From: Phycisphaeraceae bacterium
GTDB lineage: Bacteria; Planctomycetota; Phycisphaerae; Phycisphaerales; SM1A02
Reading direction: 5' to 3'
Assembly (NCBI GenBank): GCA_015709595.1
Contig: CP054178.1
Span: 1,553,205-1,617,204, forward strand
DNA: 64,000 nucleotides
The position numbers and the translations under genes were made by a program. Positions 58,915-64,000 of this stretch are shown piece after piece (the first letter of the stretch is position 1; the number at the start of each line of letters is the position of its first letter). The notes beneath the pieces were generated by a model. It saw only the letters and a program-made list of their open reading frames with translations, was not told the origin of the DNA and ran no database searches.

Positions 58915-60075
58915 ATGGACAACGGGTCGTCGAAACCATCGCGGATCGGGCGCCTGGTGCTCGAGAACTGGCGAAATTTCCGCCAGGTTGACGCTCAGTT
59001 GCAGCGGCGCACGTTTCTCGTTGGTCCGAACGCGTCGGGGAAGTCGAATCTGCTCGACGCGTTGCGGTTTCTACGACACCTCGTTCGCGTCGGCGGCGGG
59101 TTTCAGGATGCACTGGCGAGTCGCGGTGGCGTATCGAGACTTCGTTGCCTGGCGGCTCGCCGGCACCCGGATATCCGTATTCACGTGGGCATTCTCGGCG
59201 ACGACGGCACCGAAGCGTGGACCTACGAGTTGGCCTTCGGACAGGACAATTTGCGACGGGGCAAGATCCAGCGGGAGCGCATTACACGGCATGGGACGGT
59301 GATTCTCGATCGCCCCGACAGCGATGATCAGGCCGATCCGGAGCGCCTGACGCAAACCCGCATCGAACAGGTGCAGGCCAATCAGGAGTTTCGTGAGATC
59401 GCCGCGTTCTTCGGTTCCATTCAATACCGGCATCTTGTGCCTCAACTGGTGCGCGAGCCGGACCGCTCCGTCGGACGGCGGGATGATCCGTTCGGCGGTG
59501 ATTTCCTCGAGCAGATCGCAGCAACAAGTTCGAAAACGCGAGATTCCCGACTTCGCCGTATCGGACAGGCGCTACGCATCGCGGTTCCTCAACTCAAGGA
59601 ACTCGAACTGACGCGCGACTCACGGGGTGTGCCACACCTCCGCGGCAAGTACGAACACTGGAGGCCGAAGGGCTCCTGGCAGTTCGAGGAGGATTTCTCA
59701 GATGGGACGCTCCGCCTGCTCGGGCTTCTGTGGTCGATTCTCGACAGAAGCGGCCCGCTGCTCTTGGAGGAACCTGAACTGTCCCTACACTCCGGCATCG
59801 TTCGACTGTTGCCACAGTTGTTCGCACGAGTGCAGAAACGCTCCGGTCGCCAAATCGTCATCAGCACACATTCACCTGAGCTGTTTCAGGACAGTGGCGT
59901 CGGACTCGATGAAGTGCTGCTGCTCACACCGAGCTCAGAAGGCACACAGGTTCGAAACGCGACGGAAGTTCGTGACATTGGTGAACTGCTAGCCGGTGGT
60001 GTTTCCCTGGCCGATGCCATCATGCCCCATACGAGGCCGCGTGGGGTCGAGCAACTGACTCTCTGGGATGGCTGA
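58915..60075 (+). CDS. ABC/SMC-like AAA ATPase (AAA_15/AAA_21 type, OLD/AriA/AbiLi-like)
   Basis: Walker A GPNASGKS (aa 37-44), signature-like FSDGTLRLL (aa 261-269), Walker B LLLEEPE (aa 282-288), H-loop STHS (aa 317-320). Confidence 0.8.
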   Translation: MDNGSSKPSRIGRLVLENWRNFRQVDAQLQRRTFLVGPNASGKSNLLDALRFLRHLVRVGGGFQDALASRGGVSRLRCLAARRHPDIRIHVGILGDDGTEAWTYELAFGQDNLRRGKIQRERITRHGTVILDRPDSDDQADPERLTQTRIEQVQANQEFREIAAFFGSIQYRHLVPQLVREPDRSVGRRDDPFGGDFLEQIAATSSKTRDSRLRRIGQALRIAVPQLKELELTRDSRGVPHLRGKYEHWRPKGSWQFEEDFSDGTLRLLGLLWSILDRSGPLLLEEPELSLHSGIVRLLPQLFARVQKRSGRQIVISTHSPELFQDSGVGLDEVLLLTPSSEGTQVRNATEVRDIGELLAGGVSLADAIMPHTRPRGVEQLTLWDG

Positions 60076-60703
60076 CCGATCCAGCCCCATCCCGACCATC
60101 TCCATCGTCGTCGAAGGCGACGCCGACGAGGCCGTGGCGCGTCGGCTTGTGGAGCACGTCGGGGGCATGTCGGGCACCGTGTACGGTCGATCCGGCAAGG
60201 CGAAGGTCCTCTCATCCGTGCATGGGTACACCAATGCTGCCCAACGCAGTCCCTGGTTTGTGCTGATCGACCTTGATCGCGATGCGGAGTGTGCACCAAC
60301 CCTTCGAGCCGCCTGTCTGCCGCGGGTCTCGAAGTGGCTGTGTTTCCGGATTGCCGTTCGAGAGATCGAAAGTTGGCTTCTGGCGGATCGCCAGTCGCTG
60401 GCACGATTCCTTGGGGTTCGAGAGCGTGCCATACCGCGCGATCCAGACAACGACCCTGATCCAAAGGCGACCGTCGTGAACCTGGCCCGTCAATCGTCGC
60501 ATCGGGGGATACGGGAAGACCTCGTGCCAACCGAGCGATCGGGTCGCCGCGTCGGCATCGCCTACACCTCCCGCATGATTGAGTTTGCCCGACAGCATTG
60601 GGACATCGAAAGGGCGACGGCAAGCTCACCGAGTCTCGAGTCGGCCGTCGCCTGTCTCGCAGACCTGGTCAAGCGGTATGCTGCCGAAGGGCACCTGTCC
60701 TGA
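60068..60703 (+). CDS. Toprim-like, DUF4276-type protein, translationally coupled to the upstream ATPase
   Basis: VVEGDADE (aa 14-21), LIDLDRD (aa 66-72) and REIESWLLAD (aa 98-107). The ATG at 60068 overlaps the ATPase stop (60073-60075). Confidence 0.65.
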   Translation: MADRSSPIPTISIVVEGDADEAVARRLVEHVGGMSGTVYGRSGKAKVLSSVHGYTNAAQRSPWFVLIDLDRDAECAPTLRAACLPRVSKWLCFRIAVREIESWLLADRQSLARFLGVRERAIPRDPDNDPDPKATVVNLARQSSHRGIREDLVPTERSGRRVGIAYTSRMIEFARQHWDIERATASSPSLESAVACLADLVKRYAAEGHLS

Positions 60704-60869
60704 GTCATCCGGAGCGCACTTCCTGCGCCCCGCTCATCCCGCACAACGATACCACACCGCCCCCCCAACCCTTCAGTCCCCCCCCGTTTGCGCCGATGAA
60801 CCAGACGATGGCCGGGCCCCGTCCGCCCGCGCCCTCGGATGGATCAGAACGGACCGGAGGCGGGTTGCG

Positions 60870-61655
60870 ATGGATAAATCCAGTCTCATCGGCGTCATCG
60901 TCGGCCTCGCCTGCATGCTGGGCGTGGGTTGGCTCGCCTCGCATGGCAACTGGCTCATGTTCTGGTCGGAGAAGGGCGTCATCGCCGTGTTCGGCGGCAC
61001 CATCAGCGTCATCTTCATCGCCATGCCCATGGCGAAGATCAAGTGCGTGCCCGGCTACATCAAGCGCTTCATGTTCCAGAAGGGCCGCGAGCCGATCGAG
61101 GTGGTCCAGACCATGTCCTCGCTGGGCGAAAAGGCCCGGCGTGACGGCATCCTGGCCCTCGAAGCCGAGATCGAGAAACTGCAGGAGACCGATCCCTTCC
61201 TCGCCTCCGGCCTGCGCATGGCGGTGGACGGCGTCGATCCCGACGGCATCGAGGCCACCCTGCGCATGGAGATCATGGCCATGCAGGAGCGGCACAAGGC
61301 CGGCAAGAAGTTCTTCGACCTCGTCAAGCTCTACGCGCCCGGCTGGGGACTCGTGGCCACGCTCATCGGCCAGATCGGCATGTTCGGACACCTGGGAGGC
61401 GACATCGACGTGCTGGGCCACATGCTGGCGGTCGCCGTCGTCGCGACCATGTACGGCACCGTGCTGGCCAACGCCGTCGCGGGGCCGATCGGCGACAAAC
61501 TCGCGATCCGCTCGGCGGAGGAAATCCTCAATCGCGAGATGATGCTGCAGGGAATCCTCTCCATCCAGGCGGGCGACAACCCGCGCGTCACCCTCGACCG
61601 CATGACCGCGTTCATTCCGCGCAACGATCGGGCGAAACTCAAACTCGCGGCGTGA
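60870..61655 (+). CDS. motA: Flagellar stator protein MotA/PomA
   Basis: Four TM helices, a cytoplasmic loop with GILALE, and a C-terminal plug region YGTVLANAVAGPIGDKL. Start at MDKSSLIGVIVG. Confidence 0.85.
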   Translation: MDKSSLIGVIVGLACMLGVGWLASHGNWLMFWSEKGVIAVFGGTISVIFIAMPMAKIKCVPGYIKRFMFQKGREPIEVVQTMSSLGEKARRDGILALEAEIEKLQETDPFLASGLRMAVDGVDPDGIEATLRMEIMAMQERHKAGKKFFDLVKLYAPGWGLVATLIGQIGMFGHLGGDIDVLGHMLAVAVVATMYGTVLANAVAGPIGDKLAIRSAEEILNREMMLQGILSIQAGDNPRVTLDRMTAFIPRNDRAKLKLAA

Positions 61656-61713
61656 ACAGGGCGGGCATTCAGCACGCAATGATCCGGCGCCCGCCGCTCA
61701 CTTCTGACTTCCC

Positions 61714-62553
61714 ATGGCCGATGCACACGACCAATCCGGCGAGCATGGCAAGAAGCACGCCCACAAGCGGGGCGGGCACGGCCACGGTCACGGCGGAGGC
61801 GGGCACGAAGAAGGTCACGAAGGCGCGCCCGAGTGGCTCATCTCCTTCGCCGACATGGTAATGCTGATGATGGGCTTCTTCGTCATCCTCTTCGCGCTCA
61901 ACGTCAACCCCACCGGACGCACCCCCGGCGGGATGAGCGAGGAGACCGACGAGCGCGGCTCCGGGCAGAAGGACGAGCACATGCTCGACCTGGTGCTCTC
62001 CATCCGCGAGGCCTTCAACAATCCCGTCTCGCCATCCTCCACCGATCCGAAGGATCAGCGACTCATCAAGCGCATGCTCGAGAAGGCCGGCAAGGCCGAC
62101 GTGAATGATCCCGGCGTCAGCGGGCAGGATGACCGCGTGCAGTCGATCCGCCCCAGCGACTACTACTCGTTCAGCGGGTCCGTGCCGTTCGCCGACGCCT
62201 CGTCGGAGCTGTCCGGCGAAGGGGCCCGCGTCTCCGCGGAAATCGCGAAGAAGATCAAGGGGCTTTCCCTCATCGTCGAGGTGCGCGGACACGCCAGCGC
62301 CGCCGAATCACGACGCGGACCGGAGGAGGCGCTTCGCCTCGCCTCGGAGCGCGCTCTGGCCGTGGCGCGCGAACTGGCACGGCAGGGCGTTGACTGGTGG
62401 CAGATGCGACTGGTCATCGCCGGCGACAACGACCGGCTGGAATCCTTCCCCCGCGACGCCGATGGCGATCGACGCAACGCCCGTGTGGACGTGGTCGTGA
62501 CCAACGAGGTCATGCCCAACAAGACGCCTGGCGGCGAGACCTCGCGTCGCTGA
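61714..62553 (+). CDS. motB: Flagellar stator protein MotB (OmpA-like C-terminus), with His/Gly-rich N-terminus
   Basis: WLISFADMVMLMMGFFVILFAL (conserved Asp in the TM) and an OmpA-like end VRGHAS...ERALAVAREL...GDRRNARVDVVV. Confidence 0.85.
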   Translation: MADAHDQSGEHGKKHAHKRGGHGHGHGGGGHEEGHEGAPEWLISFADMVMLMMGFFVILFALNVNPTGRTPGGMSEETDERGSGQKDEHMLDLVLSIREAFNNPVSPSSTDPKDQRLIKRMLEKAGKADVNDPGVSGQDDRVQSIRPSDYYSFSGSVPFADASSELSGEGARVSAEIAKKIKGLSLIVEVRGHASAAESRRGPEEALRLASERALAVARELARQGVDWWQMRLVIAGDNDRLESFPRDADGDRRNARVDVVVTNEVMPNKTPGGETSRR

Positions 62554-62736
62554 AGCGATCTGACCAACTGCTCCATCTTCTCCATTTTCTCCAGCCCTGT
62601 CATTCAGGGTGATTTCCGTTGCATCCGCGCGGTACGGTGGTACAGTGCCAGCGGCTTGGAACGGGACGGCGGCGGTTCGCGCCTTGGCTCGTGGAAGGCG
62701 CCGTCTGTCTCCCCAGATCGAGGGAAGGAGAAGATC

Positions 62737-64000
62737 ATGACGGCCTCAGCCCGCCGCCGGTGGTTGGTGACACCCGCCATCGCCTTGTTCCTGGCGCTGC
62801 CGACCCTGGCGGACGATCAGCGCGGCAACGTGGGGTACCTCGACCTGATCGCGCGGCTCGGCTCCGGCAACGAACCGACCGGCGCGGGGGTTCGCGTGGG
62901 GCATGTCGAGGCCCCGCAGGCCGGCAGCTACGCCCCCAACACCGCCGACAATCACCTGCTGGGCAAGACCTTCAACTTCCGCAGCGGGGCGTCGGGTGCG
63001 TCCAGTCACGCCAACACGGTCGCCCGCCACATGTACGGCACCAGCTGGAGCGCCGCGCCGGGCGTGGATGTCATCGACCTCTACGAAGCCAATCACTGGA
63101 TTCAGAGCGGGTTCCTCAACTTCGGCGGCGGCCCGCCCCTGACCGCCGAGGCCTCCCTCTTCAACTGCAGCTGGATCGGAACCACCCAGAACAACGCGCT
63201 GGACAACGAGATTCTGCGTCGCGCCGACTTCGCCGTCCACACGCAGCACCTGATTATGTGCGTGGGCGTCAGCAACGGCGCCGGGGCGTTCATCAACGCC
63301 GATCAGCTCATGAGCCACGCCTACAACCACGTCACCGTGGGGCGCAGCGACGGCGAGCACCATGCCGGCGGGACTCGATCCACGCTCGACGGCCCCGGGC
63401 GCATGAAGCCGGACATCGTCGTGCCCGAGAACACCACCAGCTGGGCCACGGGCGTCGTCTCGGGCGTGGTGGCCTCGCTCATCGAAACCGCCCGCGAGTG
63501 GCCGGGCCTGGACAACAACTCCAACGCCCGGCGCAGCGAAACCATCAAGGCCGCGCTTCTCGCCGGGGCCAGGCATCGCGCCGCCTGGACCAACAACCCC
63601 GGCTCCGGCGCCAACCGGGGCGTCACCGCCACCCCTTACGATCCCGTCTTCGGCGTCGATGAGGCCAACATCGACCGCAGTCACATGATTCTCACCGGCC
63701 TGGAGCAGGACGGCGCCACCACGGTTCCCCTCAGCGGAAGCGCCGCGCCCGCCGGATGGGATCTCTTCACCATCAACGCCGGGCAGAGCCGCTACTACCG
63801 CTTCGAGTTCCTCGGCGACAAGCCGGAGTTCTCCGTGCTGCTCACGTGGCATCGCCGCGTGTCCGCCAACTTCGGGTCGTTCTCGATGCCCAACCTGGAT
63901 CTCGAACTGTTCGCCGTGACCAGCGGCGGGTCGCTCATCTCCCTGCGGGGCGATCCGGGCATTCCCGTGTTCGGGAGCGGCAACATCGCCTCGATCAGCG
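62737..64000 (+). CDS. Secreted subtilisin-fold (S8-like) peptidase, partial; 3-prime end lies outside the window
   Basis: Absent from the track because it runs off the edge. My translation gives MTASARRRWLVTPAIALFLALPTLADD..., a His box SSHANTVARHMYG and a Ser box TSWATGVVSGVVASL. AAGGAG lies 6 nt upstream. The Asp box is unclear (VRVGHVEAP). Confidence 0.6.
   Translation, partial: MTASARRRWLVTPAIALFLALPTLADDQRGNVGYLDLIARLGSGNEPTGAGVRVGHVEAPQAGSYAPNTADNHLLGKTFNFRSGASGASSHANTVARHMYGTSWSAAPGVDVIDLYEANHWIQSGFLNFGGGPPLTAEASLFNCSWIGTTQNNALDNEILRRADFAVHTQHLIMCVGVSNGAGAFINADQLMSHAYNHVTVGRSDGEHHAGGTRSTLDGPGRMKPDIVVPENTTSWATGVVSGVVASLIETAREWPGLDNNSNARRSETIKAALLAGARHRAAWTNNPGSGANRGVTATPYDPVFGVDEANIDRSHMILTGLEQDGATTVPLSGSAAPAGWDLFTINAGQSRYYRFEFLGDKPEFSVLLTWHRRVSANFGSFSMPNLDLELFAVTSGGSLISLRGDPGIPVFGSGNIASIS

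Noticed and set aside
60792-60799. GCCGATGA upstream of motA, resembling the sigma28 -10 element GCCGATAA
   Set aside because: There is no TAAA-like -35 element at the expected 15-nt spacing, and a single 7/8 octamer match is too weak.
62619-63852. 347-aa plus-strand and 368-aa minus-strand track ORFs in the last 1.4 kb
   Set aside because: Both are Arg/Gly/Pro-rich shadows of the third-frame S8-like peptidase ORF that starts at 62737. That ORF has a signal peptide, an SD and catalytic boxes.

Overview
This is 64 kb of high-GC bacterial chromosome, about two thirds G+C by eye. I suspect a Planctomycetota-like organism, but that is inference only. The hints are a Ser/Thr kinase with a TPR tail, zinc-ribbon membrane proteins, eukaryote-like enzymes (GDP-mannose 3,5-epimerase, UDP-sugar pyrophosphorylase, RIO kinase), scattered flagellar genes and very dense short dispersed repeats. 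Most of the window is housekeeping: fliD (partial), parB with two parS sites, a four-gene two-component cluster, atpD, lptB, nadD, rimO, lepA, der, dus, ugd, glxK, phoU, pdxJ, dapA, hup, eno and motAB. Three places stand out. (1) 58915-60703 holds a translationally coupled ABC-type ATPase plus a Toprim-like, DUF4276-type protein between eno and motA. It is a candidate anti-phage or abortive-infection module that I cannot assign by eye to a named system. (2) 36969-40459 is a 3.4 kb low-GC insertion bounded by 50-bp direct repeats that duplicate the 3-prime end of the epimerase gene. It carries a secreted protein, a 10-Cys small protein and a MauE-like membrane protein fused to LTXXQ-like helical repeats. 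(3) Several families of short REP/STRR-like repeats sit between genes and also in frame inside rimO, a RIO kinase, dus and the tail of a MATE transporter. Many long ORFs in the supplied track are antisense or out-of-frame shadows typical of high-GC DNA and were not called. Start codons were chosen by eye from conserved N-termini and SD-like motifs and are approximate. No searches or computations were run.
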